Part shown: piece after piece, positions 11,101 to 21,325 of the stretch
Position numbering within the stretch: the first letter of the stretch is position 1
Layout of the letters: the number at the start of each line of letters is the position of its first letter
IMG/VR virus record: IMGVR_UViG_3300035670_000024
DNA: 64,000 nucleotides
Direction: 5' to 3' (one strand)
From: a virus
Made by a program: the position numbers and the translations under genes
The notes under the pieces: generated by a model
The model's database searches: none
Seen by the model: only the letters and a program-made list of their open reading frames with translations
What the model was told of the DNA's origin: nothing

Positions 11101-11139
11101 TGAGACAATCATAAGACCTAAATCTCAGATTGTCAAGTG
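11101..11139 (-). promoter_or_regulatory. Sigma70-type promoter for tRNA-Leu(CAA) (repeat copy 2)
   Basis: TTGACA-ATCTGAGATTTAGGTCT-TATGAT. Confidence 0.7.
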
Positions 11140-11144
11140 AGTCT

Positions 11145-11351
11145 TCAAGATTCGTATGTAGGAGGATTATACTTCAGATATTCAAAGAATGTCAACCTCA
11201 TTTCCTTATGTGACATTCCGCAATGTTCGGCAGCTTGAGGTAAATTCATCTTTGAATGAAACAAACCTTCATTCGCTTCTCTTACATTTTCTGGTGTTGT
11301 TTTTACTCGTTCTAGTTTCAAATCGTTGTATGTTATTTTGTATGGATTCAT
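11145..11351 (-). CDS. Small hypothetical protein, possible helix-turn-helix
   Basis: MNLPQAAEHCGMSHKEM segment; TTGACA-17-TAAGAT promoter just upstream. Confidence 0.55.
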   Translation of the reverse strand: MNPYKITYNDLKLERVKTTPENVREANEGLFHSKMNLPQAAEHCGMSHKEMRLTFFEYLKYNPPTYES

Positions 11352-11379
11352 TGTATCTTAGCAAATTTTGTCTAAGGTG

Positions 11380-11676
11380 TCAAGACTGTAAACTTGTTTG
11401 AATTGCTCCGATTTCGGTTTGTAGTGCCCCAATAGCAGCATTTAAATCTTCAATTGCTTGTAAGATATCCACCCCTTGAACAGTTAATATACCATCAATT
11501 GTAACATCATCATCAAACTTTGCTCTTTTTTTTACATCTAGTTTACCACTTAAATCTAAATCAACAGTTCCATCCTCATTAAAAACGAATGGATCATTGC
11601 TTTCTGGCATTTCAGGTGGTTCCTGGGGAGTAAACTCAGGACCAATAATTTCAGTTGTAGCTGCACCAACGGCCAT
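11380..11676 (-). CDS. Hypothetical protein
   Basis: ORF track; GGAG ribosome-binding site; C-terminal coiled coil. Confidence 0.6.
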   Translation of the reverse strand: MAVGAATTEIIGPEFTPQEPPEMPESNDPFVFNEDGTVDLDLSGKLDVKKRAKFDDDVTIDGILTVQGVDILQAIEDLNAAIGALQTEIGAIQTSLQS

Positions 11677-11686
11677 TTTTAATCTC

Positions 11687-12355
11687 CTATAATGATAACC
11701 AAAGACTTGGATGAGGCATAGATTGATGATGTAGATTATATTCTGGTTTTAAACATAATTTAACATCACCAGCAATTACATATCTATCACTTAAATTTTC
11801 TTTTTTCAAAGTAGAGTGTGATAGATTACTTGGGAATATAACAACTGTTCCTTCATGAGGTGTTATTGTATAATTCCCGCAATTATACTTATTAAACTTT
11901 TTAATCAAATTATATTTATTACTTGGTTCAAAAATATTTCCTGATACTTCATTTAGATTATTTGAACTATGAACGCAAAACTTATCTGAAGTATCATCAG
12001 AAGACAAATAATAGCAAAAAGAAATATCTGATCCATTATGTATGTGAGGTTGTAATTGGGGAATATCTTTATTATGATATCCAACCCACGATTTTATAAA
12101 GTTAATATTTAATTTATTATGGTCTATTTCTAATAAATCCAAGTAATTACATATACTTTCTTTTAAAGATTTGAAAAGAATGTGATAATTAGAATTTAAA
12201 TGTAAAGAACATCTTCCAGAATTTTCTGGAGTTTCATTCTCATAACCATTAAACCATAAAGTTTTTAATTCGTCAAAGTATTGATCTTTAAATTCTTGAT
12301 GTACTTTTACTGTATCTTGAGCAACTAATATTGGAAAGACCTCATGAATTCTCAT
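11687..12355 (-). CDS. Putative 2OG-Fe(II) oxygenase (TIGR02466-like)
   Basis: SW...PHIH..SDISFCYYL ... EGTVVIFPSNLSH ... RYVIAG motifs. Confidence 0.75.
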   Translation of the reverse strand: MRIHEVFPILVAQDTVKVHQEFKDQYFDELKTLWFNGYENETPENSGRCSLHLNSNYHILFKSLKESICNYLDLLEIDHNKLNINFIKSWVGYHNKDIPQLQPHIHNGSDISFCYYLSSDDTSDKFCVHSSNNLNEVSGNIFEPSNKYNLIKKFNKYNCGNYTITPHEGTVVIFPSNLSHSTLKKENLSDRYVIAGDVKLCLKPEYNLHHQSMPHPSLWLSL

Positions 12356-12356
12356 A

Positions 12357-13148
12357 TTATGTGTTTATGTTATACTCACTATTATCGCCTGGATAGTCGT
12401 CTGGTGTCAAGCCTTGATATTCTGGAATCAGATCTTCACCATCAGTTCTTGTTCCATAAACATGATAAAAACAATCAATGGGCATTCCACCTTTTGCTTG
12501 AAGGTGAATTTGAGTTTTATCAATTCTTTTTACAATTACATCCTGATGAGCACCAACAGGAGTTAACGACACTGTAATTGATTGAGTATCTACAAATGTT
12601 TTCCAATATTCTGGAAGTTGAATGACAGTTTTATTTGTAACTCTTCCGCGAACATATACATCATTGGATGGAGATTCTGGACAGGTATGCCTCAATCTCC
12701 ATCCTTCTTTTGTTGGGTGAGGAATATCAAAGTTCTTCTTTGCGGATAATCTGTGAGCACCACAAAAAGCCCAAACATCTCCTTGAGATGCAACTAACAC
12801 CCCTGCTCTTACGGAAAGACCAGCATTGACACTTAGATTAACATCTAAGTTATCAAAAATAGCTGCATCTCCTATTACCGCAAGAGAATATGGAGAATTA
12901 TTTATAGGAATACATGTTTGAAGAATTCCAGGAATAAATGGAAGAGGAGACTCGCTATTTGTTAGAGGAGCAATCATACATGTTGCCCAAACATTTGGAA
13001 AAGTTACATGATTTCCAATAAGTGCTGGACCTTGTGTATATGAAGAACCTCGTATTCTTAATGGGCCTCTTCCCAAAATTTCAGGACCTACAGGATCTTT
13101 TACATTAAAAAATTGACCTTTTACATAAATGTTATCAAAACTTGCCAT
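12357..13148 (-). CDS. Baseplate/spike-associated structural protein
   Basis: Directly downstream of gp5; KNFDIPHP..LRHTCPE..VYVRGR..LPEYW C-terminal domain typical of fibre/spike proteins. Confidence 0.5.
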   Translation of the reverse strand: MASFDNIYVKGQFFNVKDPVGPEILGRGPLRIRGSSYTQGPALIGNHVTFPNVWATCMIAPLTNSESPLPFIPGILQTCIPINNSPYSLAVIGDAAIFDNLDVNLSVNAGLSVRAGVLVASQGDVWAFCGAHRLSAKKNFDIPHPTKEGWRLRHTCPESPSNDVYVRGRVTNKTVIQLPEYWKTFVDTQSITVSLTPVGAHQDVIVKRIDKTQIHLQAKGGMPIDCFYHVYGTRTDGEDLIPEYQGLTPDDYPGDNSEYNINT

Positions 13149-13159
13149 AAATATTCTCT

Positions 13160-13753
13160 CTATGCGATTAAATTAAAGAAACCTAATAATGCTCTTTGCC
13201 AAAACTGCCCATTTCCAATATCAAAATCAATTGGAGGTTTAATTGCACTCATAGAAGTTACATTTTGCATCTCTCCAGCATACATTCTCATTATATTTGT
13301 AGCAGTCATTTGCATTGAACCATTTGTATACAAACTTGTGGATTGTTTTCCATTAAGTTCTATTTGTTTAGCCTCCATATTTAGTTCTTGGGAAGCAACT
13401 AAATTTATGTTACCATTATTATTATCAGGGCCATATGCAATTATATCAATATTTTCTGCCTCCATTCGGATTCTACCACGAGTGGTAATTACTATATCAC
13501 CACTTGCAGAATCTAACCAAAATGCAGGTTGACCTTTTTGAACATTATCACCACATTTAATTTGATATCTTCCCCTACATCTATTTGTAATCCATCCAGG
13601 CCTTGGATCAGTTTGATCTATAGTAATATATTCAAGACCACCTTGCCCTTGAAGAAGAATTGATGATTTAACTTGATCTAAATGAATGTGACCAAATCTT
13701 AAGGCACCATCTTTAGTTCTTATATCTTTAGTTTCATAATTTTTTGATGTCAT
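13160..13753 (-). CDS. gp5 C-terminal-like beta-strand-rich spike segment
   Basis: Short beta repeats (GDIVITTRGRIRMEAENIDI; GNINLVASQELNMEAKQIEL) adjacent to gp5. Confidence 0.5.
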   Translation of the reverse strand: MTSKNYETKDIRTKDGALRFGHIHLDQVKSSILLQGQGGLEYITIDQTDPRPGWITNRCRGRYQIKCGDNVQKGQPAFWLDSASGDIVITTRGRIRMEAENIDIIAYGPDNNNGNINLVASQELNMEAKQIELNGKQSTSLYTNGSMQMTATNIMRMYAGEMQNVTSMSAIKPPIDFDIGNGQFWQRALLGFFNLIA

Positions 13754-13762
13754 TTTTTATAA

Positions 13763-16690
13763 TTACCTCCTACATTTTATACAACCAGTACAATCAACTA
13801 CATTAATAACCTTTGAATCCTTTGGAACATCAAATTCTCCATTTTCACATATTCTCTTAACTGTGATTATTGGTACAAGTAAAGCATTGAATCCAGTAGG
13901 AGAATTTGTTTTAATTTCCGGAATGTCGTCAAAACCGCAACCACCACTTAAGACTTTAACTTCTGTAATTTGACCAAATTCATTAATTATTGGTTTTACT
14001 ACCATACCATTACTAGGAGTAATAACAATCTCATCTTCAGGTCTATATGCAAATCCTGTTTGAATAACTTGTATTTCTTCTACGCATAACACTGCTTTGT
14101 AACATAATCTTTCTTGATCTTGAATAGTTTGATCATTTTGTGCATTTTGGTTTACTATAGCAAAATCATCAACAACAGGTATATTTATTGGATTTACTGG
14201 GAGAAGCGGAAGTTCTATAATTCGGGTATCCTCAGATTCTGGATCAGATAGATTTTCATTTGGAATAGTAGTACCAGAACCAGTAGTAGTTCCAATACCA
14301 GGGCCACCTGGAGTAGTAGTTCCGATACCAGCAGTAGTAGTGGTTCCAATACCAGCGGCAGCAGTGGTTCCAATTCCTGTTTGATTTATATCAAGAACTA
14401 TAATTGTACCTTCAGCAATGTTTAAACCCTCAACTGAAGATCCACCTTTTACAATATTATTTGGAATAGTATTTAAAGATAAAGTATCGTTATTAATAAA
14501 TCCATAATATTTTCTAGATCTTCCTTGTGTGTTAGTTATAGTTATTTTAGCAGGACAATTTTTTGATGATACATTTTGAGGTATATTTACTTTATATTTT
14601 GTGTATTTTACGGAAAGAGTTTCTGGTTTACCATTTGGGGGATAATAAGTTTCTCCAGGATTTAGTTCTACTGGTTTATTGATTCTGACAACTTTAAATT
14701 CCCCATTGCAACTCCTAATATAACCCTCATCTGGTTCCTTCCAAACAAATCCATCTCCTCCCATACTACCATTGGGTTTTTGTAAATAACCCGTACCAGG
14801 AGATTTTACCAAAATATTTTTTATTTTGAGTTTTCCAGGATTATTTTCATCAGGTTCCATTATAGCTTCAAATGCTCCACCAGATCCATTTCCACAAGGA
14901 TCCTCAAGAGTAACGATTGGCGCAGATGTATACGATCCTGGATTTACAATATCAAAACCAATAATTGATGAACTATTACTAACTATTGGATTTGCTTGTC
15001 CTCCAGAACCATTTCCCCCAAAGAAATTAACTTTAGGAGGACCACAAAAAACAGGTTCAACATTACAATTAATTCTAGAACCACTTCCTGTTGTTCCTCC
15101 TCTATTTGCTTGATTAAGACTATTAAGAATTCCTGAAGAAAAATTTCCTATTGCTATTGCTGGTTTAGCTGGTCCTGCTAAATCTATCTGATCGTAACCT
15201 GGACATTGTTGCTGCTCATCACATTTGAAAAAATTCAAAATTCCACTTAATAAAGAAAATGCACTTGCAACTAAACCTGCAATATTTCCAATAGTACCCA
15301 AAACTGATGATAGTGCAGAACTTATTTGTCCGAGAATAGGGTTTAAAAAGTCAGAGATAAGTTGCTGAACCGCACAAATTGGACCACTAACTAAATTTGC
15401 TAACAAGTCAGTAAGAAGTTTTACAAATGTTGGTACGAGAGCTTGCATTATATTTCTAAACAAGCAAGAAAGAATTTCAAGCGCCTCAGAAACTATATTA
15501 TTATAAGTTGGAATTTCGCTAGGAAAAAGATTTGGTATTACCCTCTTTTGCAATTCTTCTGTTATTAAAATTTGCAATTCTTCTAATACACGAGTTAATA
15601 TATTAATCATGTATGAAGATGCAAATTGAGCAGCTGTTTGAATTAAACTTGAAGTTTGAGATTGAATTGAACTTGCCGCTACAGATACTTCTCCTGCTAT
15701 TTTTGCTATATTATTAGAATCTTTAATTAAATTATTAAGAACTTTTGCAATTCCTTGAACATCAGAATCAACTTTCTTACATGCATTTCTTAGAGGTCTT
15801 TGTACTCTTTTATCTTGATCCTGAATATCCCATGCTAATGTCTTTAAATGAAGTCCTTCTGTAATTTGAAGAGGAATATTATAAACATTTAAGTTATCTG
15901 GAACATATGCTGGCGCTTTATTTGAGTCACTAAAAGTGTCATTAAATTGTTGATAACCTTGATTGCAGAGAAATGGAACTGGTGAAGATGCTCCAGGAAG
16001 TCTTGATGCTTTTACTGTAGCAATTAATACTTGTCTTTCAATTTCTGGTAAGGGAAGACCTTTTAATTTTGCTTCAGATCTTGCCTTTGAAGCTGCAGAA
16101 AATTCTTCTCTACTTGGAGTTCTTGCTGGATTGAGAAGTTTTTTTAATTGATCTGAACTTAATTGATCTACATTTGGTGGCAATGGTAAATTAGCCAGAC
16201 TGCCTGGGCCAATAGATGGAGCAGGAGGATTTGAAAGTATAGGTCCAGATAAAGAAGGTGCTACTGCAGTTTGGTTTGGTGCAGCTGCTCCTCTTACCTT
16301 TGGTACATTATTATTTGAATTGCCAAGAACTCCTACAATATATCCTTCTTGACCCGCCATTCCATCCATGAAGAATCCAAATACTACGGATCCAGATTCT
16401 ATAGATGGAGTTACTGATGCACCACCATGACCAGATCCTGCAGTAACGGGCATAATGACTTGACAAAAAGCCATTTGATCTGGAGGAAGTGTAGCTAAAT
16501 CTCCAGTATGCCAATTAAAAACTCTTACTTTATAGCGATACCCCCACCCTTCAATTCCGGCAATATTAGTAAATGTTTGTGCTTCTATATTATCTTGCCA
16601 AGTCTCTTTAGATTCTACTCTCCCTAACCACCAGGGAGGACTCATAAAAGTACCGGATTCAAACAATCCACCAGTTAATTGATCAGACAT
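13763..16690 (-). CDS. gp5: Baseplate hub / central spike protein gp5-like
   Basis: N-terminal OB-fold motifs WWLGRVE, RYKVRV, VIMPVT, VVFGFFMDG; synteny with gp26/gp51. Confidence 0.8.
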   Translation of the reverse strand: MSDQLTGGLFESGTFMSPPWWLGRVESKETWQDNIEAQTFTNIAGIEGWGYRYKVRVFNWHTGDLATLPPDQMAFCQVIMPVTAGSGHGGASVTPSIESGSVVFGFFMDGMAGQEGYIVGVLGNSNNNVPKVRGAAAPNQTAVAPSLSGPILSNPPAPSIGPGSLANLPLPPNVDQLSSDQLKKLLNPARTPSREEFSAASKARSEAKLKGLPLPEIERQVLIATVKASRLPGASSPVPFLCNQGYQQFNDTFSDSNKAPAYVPDNLNVYNIPLQITEGLHLKTLAWDIQDQDKRVQRPLRNACKKVDSDVQGIAKVLNNLIKDSNNIAKIAGEVSVAASSIQSQTSSLIQTAAQFASSYMINILTRVLEELQILITEELQKRVIPNLFPSEIPTYNNIVSEALEILSCLFRNIMQALVPTFVKLLTDLLANLVSGPICAVQQLISDFLNPILGQISSALSSVLGTIGNIAGLVASAFSLLSGILNFFKCDEQQQCPGYDQIDLAGPAKPAIAIGNFSSGILNSLNQANRGGTTGSGSRINCNVEPVFCGPPKVNFFGGNGSGGQANPIVSNSSSIIGFDIVNPGSYTSAPIVTLEDPCGNGSGGAFEAIMEPDENNPGKLKIKNILVKSPGTGYLQKPNGSMGGDGFVWKEPDEGYIRSCNGEFKVVRINKPVELNPGETYYPPNGKPETLSVKYTKYKVNIPQNVSSKNCPAKITITNTQGRSRKYYGFINNDTLSLNTIPNNIVKGGSSVEGLNIAEGTIIVLDINQTGIGTTAAAGIGTTTTAGIGTTTPGGPGIGTTTGSGTTIPNENLSDPESEDTRIIELPLLPVNPINIPVVDDFAIVNQNAQNDQTIQDQERLCYKAVLCVEEIQVIQTGFAYRPEDEIVITPSNGMVVKPIINEFGQITEVKVLSGGCGFDDIPEIKTNSPTGFNALLVPIITVKRICENGEFDVPKDSKVINVVDCTGCIKCRR

Positions 16691-16692
16691 AA

Positions 16693-16908
16693 TTAATCAT
16701 CATACATTCTACACTCTAGGGCATCTGGATGTGAATCACAGTAAAGTTCCAAAGCAGTTGGATCATGATTATCATTTGGATGATTTTCCTGATATCTTTC
16801 AAGATCATGCAATTCACCTTCCAAGTGACGACGACGCTGACCACTGATAGTAGGACTATCTAATTCATTATAATCATCATTAATATGTTGTTGAAGTGTC
16901 CTGTCCAT
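16693..16908 (-). CDS. cp12: CP12 Calvin-cycle inhibitor
   Basis: C-terminal LELYCDSHPDALECRMYDD with the Cys pair. Confidence 0.92.
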   Translation of the reverse strand: MDRTLQQHINDDYNELDSPTISGQRRRHLEGELHDLERYQENHPNDNHDPTALELYCDSHPDALECRMYDD

Positions 16909-16930
16909 ATACGAACAAAAATATTGTTAA

Positions 16931-18232
16931 TTATTTAGGTTTTCTTCCGTAAGAATCTCTTACAAGTTCTAAAGAAGTAATAGTTTCTTTAGGATCTCTA
17001 TTTATATGATGACATAAAGCTGAAATCATATATAATCCACTTAATCTAGTATTTGGTATTGGTGTTTTCTTTGAAGATATTTCTTGAAAATCGCAATAAA
17101 TTAAGTCTCCAGCCTGTAATGAAAAATCTCCAGCGATTTTAATTTTTAATGTGACTTTAAAAACTTGATTGTATCTTGAATTTGATTGCGCTGTTATTTT
17201 TTCTTTTTCTATTACAGGTTCTTTTGATTGACCAATAGGAAACATACTTCCAATATTCATGTTAGTCTGAAAAATTCTAGTATATGGAACATTGGTAAAC
17301 ATTTGATTAATGTCACTTCCATAATCTACACCTAAAGACTTAACTACACCAGCTTGATCAAACCAACTTAAATTATTACAAATATAAGAACTTTCAAATG
17401 GATTAAAAAGATCTGTAGTTGAACTATATGCACCTATCTTAAGTTGCTCCTTTAAATCTCCATTATCAGTATCATCATATTCTAAAATTTTTCCATCATA
17501 TCCAACAGGAATTTCTATAGACGCTGTATTATTATAAATTAATCTTTTATATAATTTGCTATCAAATAAGGTATCTATAGACTTATACTTAAATCCTGTT
17601 CTGGTTTCAAAAAAGAAATATCCTGCAGTTTTTCCATAAGCACCTCCAATATTAGGAACAGATTGTTTTGCCAACCAAGTAATTACCCAAAATGGTTTTT
17701 TGTTTGTTCCTATGAATGAAAAAAGATTTTGTGTAGGTTCAACATCTATTGCTTTTTTAGTTTTTAATACAGTTTGAAATATCGCTGATACTGAGTCTGA
17801 TATTGGGCCATCATATCTTTGAAGCACTCTTGATGATTCATTTGTCAAATATTCTTCAGAAACTAAGTCCATAATATATGGAGCAGCCTTTGCAGTTTCT
17901 GGTAATTTATAGTTATGATTCAATCTCAAACATCTATCATCTGATGCAAAAGATATTTTTTGTTCTAATCCATCTTCAAATTCAAAAAAAACTTTTTCTC
18001 CTGCTCCAGATTTTATCTTATCTGCAAAATTGATTTTTGCTCCAGCACCATCATCAGCATCAAATCCAGTTGTTACGACTGCAATTTGAACATTAATTGT
18101 TGGAGACAAAACATTTTCATAATAATAGATTTCAGTTATACCTCTGAGCAATGAAATGGATTCGCCTCCATCATTTGGAAATATATCAAGTTTTGTAATA
18201 TTATTATTACTTCTTTTAATTCTTTCTAACAT
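16931..18232 (-). CDS. Baseplate hub protein (gp27-like by position)
   Basis: YFFFET..GFKYKSIDTL, IKIAGDFSLQAGDLI, LSGLYMISALCH motifs; lies between tape-measure-like genes and gp5. Confidence 0.55.
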   Translation of the reverse strand: MLERIKRSNNNITKLDIFPNDGGESISLLRGITEIYYYENVLSPTINVQIAVVTTGFDADDGAGAKINFADKIKSGAGEKVFFEFEDGLEQKISFASDDRCLRLNHNYKLPETAKAAPYIMDLVSEEYLTNESSRVLQRYDGPISDSVSAIFQTVLKTKKAIDVEPTQNLFSFIGTNKKPFWVITWLAKQSVPNIGGAYGKTAGYFFFETRTGFKYKSIDTLFDSKLYKRLIYNNTASIEIPVGYDGKILEYDDTDNGDLKEQLKIGAYSSTTDLFNPFESSYICNNLSWFDQAGVVKSLGVDYGSDINQMFTNVPYTRIFQTNMNIGSMFPIGQSKEPVIEKEKITAQSNSRYNQVFKVTLKIKIAGDFSLQAGDLIYCDFQEISSKKTPIPNTRLSGLYMISALCHHINRDPKETITSLELVRDSYGRKPK

Positions 18233-18235
18233 TTT

Positions 18236-21200
18236 TTAAACATAGTCCCAAATGTAAGATAATCCATCTTCTTTGGAAGAAGACATTAAAATAGTTTCTT
18301 TATTTACTATGTATGTATTATTTGTAGATGGTTCATCAACAAATACATTCACAAAAGTTGTACGAGGTCTTTGATCTTCATAATCAAGCATACTCATAAT
18401 TGTATCTATATTACTTTTTAGTTGACTTTTACTTTCTATTTGATTGATCAATTTTATAAATTCAAACCCAAAAGCATCAACTGAATCTTTATCAATTACA
18501 TATTCTCCATCGTGAGTTTTAATGAGTTGTGATTCATTTTCGGTAATATATCTTCCATGGAATGCATAAAAATCAGGAGCACCTGAATTCAATACTAATT
18601 TTTGTTGTGGAGCAAGAGTTCCATCCGGTTTATATCTACCATGCCCGACAAAAGCATTTGTTCCAACAATATCAGCAGATACACCATATCCATCTGTTGC
18701 GCTATATTTCATATTTTTAAGAGCCAAAGGAAAAGCAACTTTATTTCCAGCACCAGTTCCGCCAATTTGAAGATCTAGTTCTGTTTGTCTATGTGCTGCT
18801 TGACCTCTTGCAATATATCCTTTTATTTGTTGATCATTTGCTCCTGTAGGGATAGTTTCTCCAGATCTACCAACATAAATTGACTTTTTTCCTAAGAAAT
18901 GTTTAACTACATTTAATCCTGCAGTTGCAACACCAGAACCATCTCCAGGATTGTTTGTACCAATATGAAAATGAACACCTCCAGATCTTCCAGAATTACC
19001 TTGAATAAATTTACCATCTCCAGGTGAAATTGCTCCTTCAGAAACTTTAGTTGATTCTAATCTTTCTTTAAGTTCTCCATATCCAGCAGGAGAACCTTGA
19101 AGACCTAATTCTTTATCTCCACTTGCATCATGTCCTCCATAAAAATAAGCACCATATTGACCTGCAAGTTGTTGAAGTTTTGAATTAACTTGACCTCCAC
19201 CTTTACTAAAATCCCACTGCTTTCCTACACCAAGTAATCTAACTCTTGCCCCCATTGATTGAAGATACTTTAATTGCTCTTCAACTGTTGACCAATCATC
19301 TTTTGAATGTGCAATACCAGTTGATAAATCAACCAGTTTTCCTTTAAGAGCATCACCTTTTGATTTAAGAATTGCTAAGACTTCTGCGGGTTTTCTTCCT
19401 TTCTTAGTGTCACCAGTATCAGAACCATCTCCAGTTCTTCCTGCAAATCCATGAGCGATATTATCACCAATTACAAAATCTGCTTGACCTTGGAACTGTG
19501 CATTTGGATCAGTTTGTTGTGTTGCACCTCCTCCCCCAGGAGGAGCTGGACTTGGGCCACCACTACCAGAAACTGGTTTTAATAATAATTGTTTCATTAA
19601 ATCATTAATAATTTGATTAATTCTTGGATTAACTGTATTTTGAATATTAATTGCTAACCAATTTCTTAAATCTTGATTTGTAGATTCATCTGTTACTAAA
19701 CCACCATTTGCATATCCAAAGGTCAATTTATCCAAAATATAATTAATCCAGGAATTTAATCCAGCAGAAACATTCATGTAATCAATTGGAGATGGTTTAT
19801 CCCCAAAAATAGTTTTAGTAACTAAACCAAACAAAGAACCAAGATAAGAAATTTTACTTAAAGTTTGATGTGACGATTTTAAATAACTGTATGGTTTAAC
19901 TTCATTCTTACCAGTATTATTTGGATAATAAGTTTCAATTAATGTTTTTGATGGATCAGATTCAGATTTAATGTTTCCAGATACACTTCTTCCAGGTTGT
20001 AATGAAGTTGGTTGTGGGGTTATAGTTCTTGTTACCTTTTTTACCTTTAGTTTTCTTTCGGGTTCAGATGAAATATATTTTCCACCTCTAGTTGTTGCTC
20101 CACCTCCTGCATATTTTTCAATTTTTTCAGATGATTGAGTTGGTGTTTTACTAGATTTATTTTCAAAAAACAAATCATATAATGCTCCACCAGCCCAATC
20201 TCCAAGTGCAGCTCCTGCTATTCCTCCAATGATATTTCCAGCAACTGGTATTACAGAACCAACAGCAGTTCCAATTGCACCAAGAAGACCAGCACCAATT
20301 GCCTTAAATGCGGCCCTACCAATAGATTCTCCAAGAGCAATTGACAATCCAAAGTCAAGTAATGCTCCAATAATTGGAAGTCGTTTTGTAAAAGGACGAA
20401 CAAATTTAAGAACTTGCTTTGCTCCACCTTTTCCTAGAACTCCAGTAAATGCACTACGAGCACCTCTTTGAAGTGCTCCTCTTTGCATTCCTCCTGGTAA
20501 TCTCTTTAAACCTTCTTGACCAAATCTTTGAACAAATGCATCTCTTCCATATCTTTGGAAGTATCGTTTTAATACATCATTTTGTGGTTTTTTTATTCCC
20601 TTATCTAATCCTCCTTTTCTTAAATCAATATCTGGTTTACCTTTACCAAAACCACCTATAATACTATCACCAGTGTCAGCAATTAACATTGCTGCGATTA
20701 ATGAATAGTTGATTATATCATTAAACTTATTTGAAAAATCATCAAATGCCTTTGCACCACTTTCACCAAAAACATTAGATACAAATGTTCTACTTGCATC
20801 TACTGCTTTATATCCCCAATCAATAAAAGTAACTAATCCATCTAAAAGTTTTCCTCCCCAATCAATAATAAAATCCATTACTCCATTGATTATTGGAATC
20901 AACTTAGCAAGTTGAGGAAGTTGATCTATCAATCTAACAGCAATAAACCCTAATATTACATTTGATATAAAATTTTTAATCCAATCAAACAATCCTAATT
21001 TAGGTGTGGGTAATTTTGGCAGTTTAACTCCAGATGGTTTTTTGACTTTTTTCTCTAACTCATTTTCTTTATCTTCACGAGTCTTTTTTTCTTGATTCCT
21101 TGATCTTATTTTAAATTTATTTCTTTCAATTAAAAGAAAGTCTTTTAATAATTTGTCAATTGTAATAACTTTTTTTTCAATAGTAATTAAACGATTGTCA

Positions 21201-21319
21201 ATTTTAACTTTATTTGGATTGTTTAGTTTTTCTTTTGGGGATTCAAATATTTTACTGACAGTAAGAGAAGATGATCTAGATGGAGGTAATGCTAGAAGTT
21301 TGCTGCTATTAATTGCCAT
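18236..21319 (-). CDS. Tape-measure/tail-associated protein, paralog 3 (SGNH-like and M23-like regions)
   Basis: Lys-rich coiled coil, Gly-rich hydrophobic stretch, VIGDNIAHG, QGNSGRSGGVHFHIG, HDGEYVID. Confidence 0.55.
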   Translation of the reverse strand: MAINSSKLLALPPSRSSSLTVSKIFESPKEKLNNPNKVKIDNRLITIEKKVITIDKLLKDFLLIERNKFKIRSRNQEKKTREDKENELEKKVKKPSGVKLPKLPTPKLGLFDWIKNFISNVILGFIAVRLIDQLPQLAKLIPIINGVMDFIIDWGGKLLDGLVTFIDWGYKAVDASRTFVSNVFGESGAKAFDDFSNKFNDIINYSLIAAMLIADTGDSIIGGFGKGKPDIDLRKGGLDKGIKKPQNDVLKRYFQRYGRDAFVQRFGQEGLKRLPGGMQRGALQRGARSAFTGVLGKGGAKQVLKFVRPFTKRLPIIGALLDFGLSIALGESIGRAAFKAIGAGLLGAIGTAVGSVIPVAGNIIGGIAGAALGDWAGGALYDLFFENKSSKTPTQSSEKIEKYAGGGATTRGGKYISSEPERKLKVKKVTRTITPQPTSLQPGRSVSGNIKSESDPSKTLIETYYPNNTGKNEVKPYSYLKSSHQTLSKISYLGSLFGLVTKTIFGDKPSPIDYMNVSAGLNSWINYILDKLTFGYANGGLVTDESTNQDLRNWLAINIQNTVNPRINQIINDLMKQLLLKPVSGSGGPSPAPPGGGGATQQTDPNAQFQGQADFVIGDNIAHGFAGRTGDGSDTGDTKKGRKPAEVLAILKSKGDALKGKLVDLSTGIAHSKDDWSTVEEQLKYLQSMGARVRLLGVGKQWDFSKGGGQVNSKLQQLAGQYGAYFYGGHDASGDKELGLQGSPAGYGELKERLESTKVSEGAISPGDGKFIQGNSGRSGGVHFHIGTNNPGDGSGVATAGLNVVKHFLGKKSIYVGRSGETIPTGANDQQIKGYIARGQAAHRQTELDLQIGGTGAGNKVAFPLALKNMKYSATDGYGVSADIVGTNAFVGHGRYKPDGTLAPQQKLVLNSGAPDFYAFHGRYITENESQLIKTHDGEYVIDKDSVDAFGFEFIKLINQIESKSQLKSNIDTIMSMLDYEDQRPRTTFVNVFVDEPSTNNTYIVNKETILMSSSKEDGLSYIWDYV

Positions 21320-21325
21320 TTTCTT

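Noticed and set aside
10981-11139. Mini-CRISPR or attachment-site repeats
   Set aside because: Only two copies, the intervening sequence is a tRNA, and each copy is a sigma70-type promoter; no integrase lies nearby.
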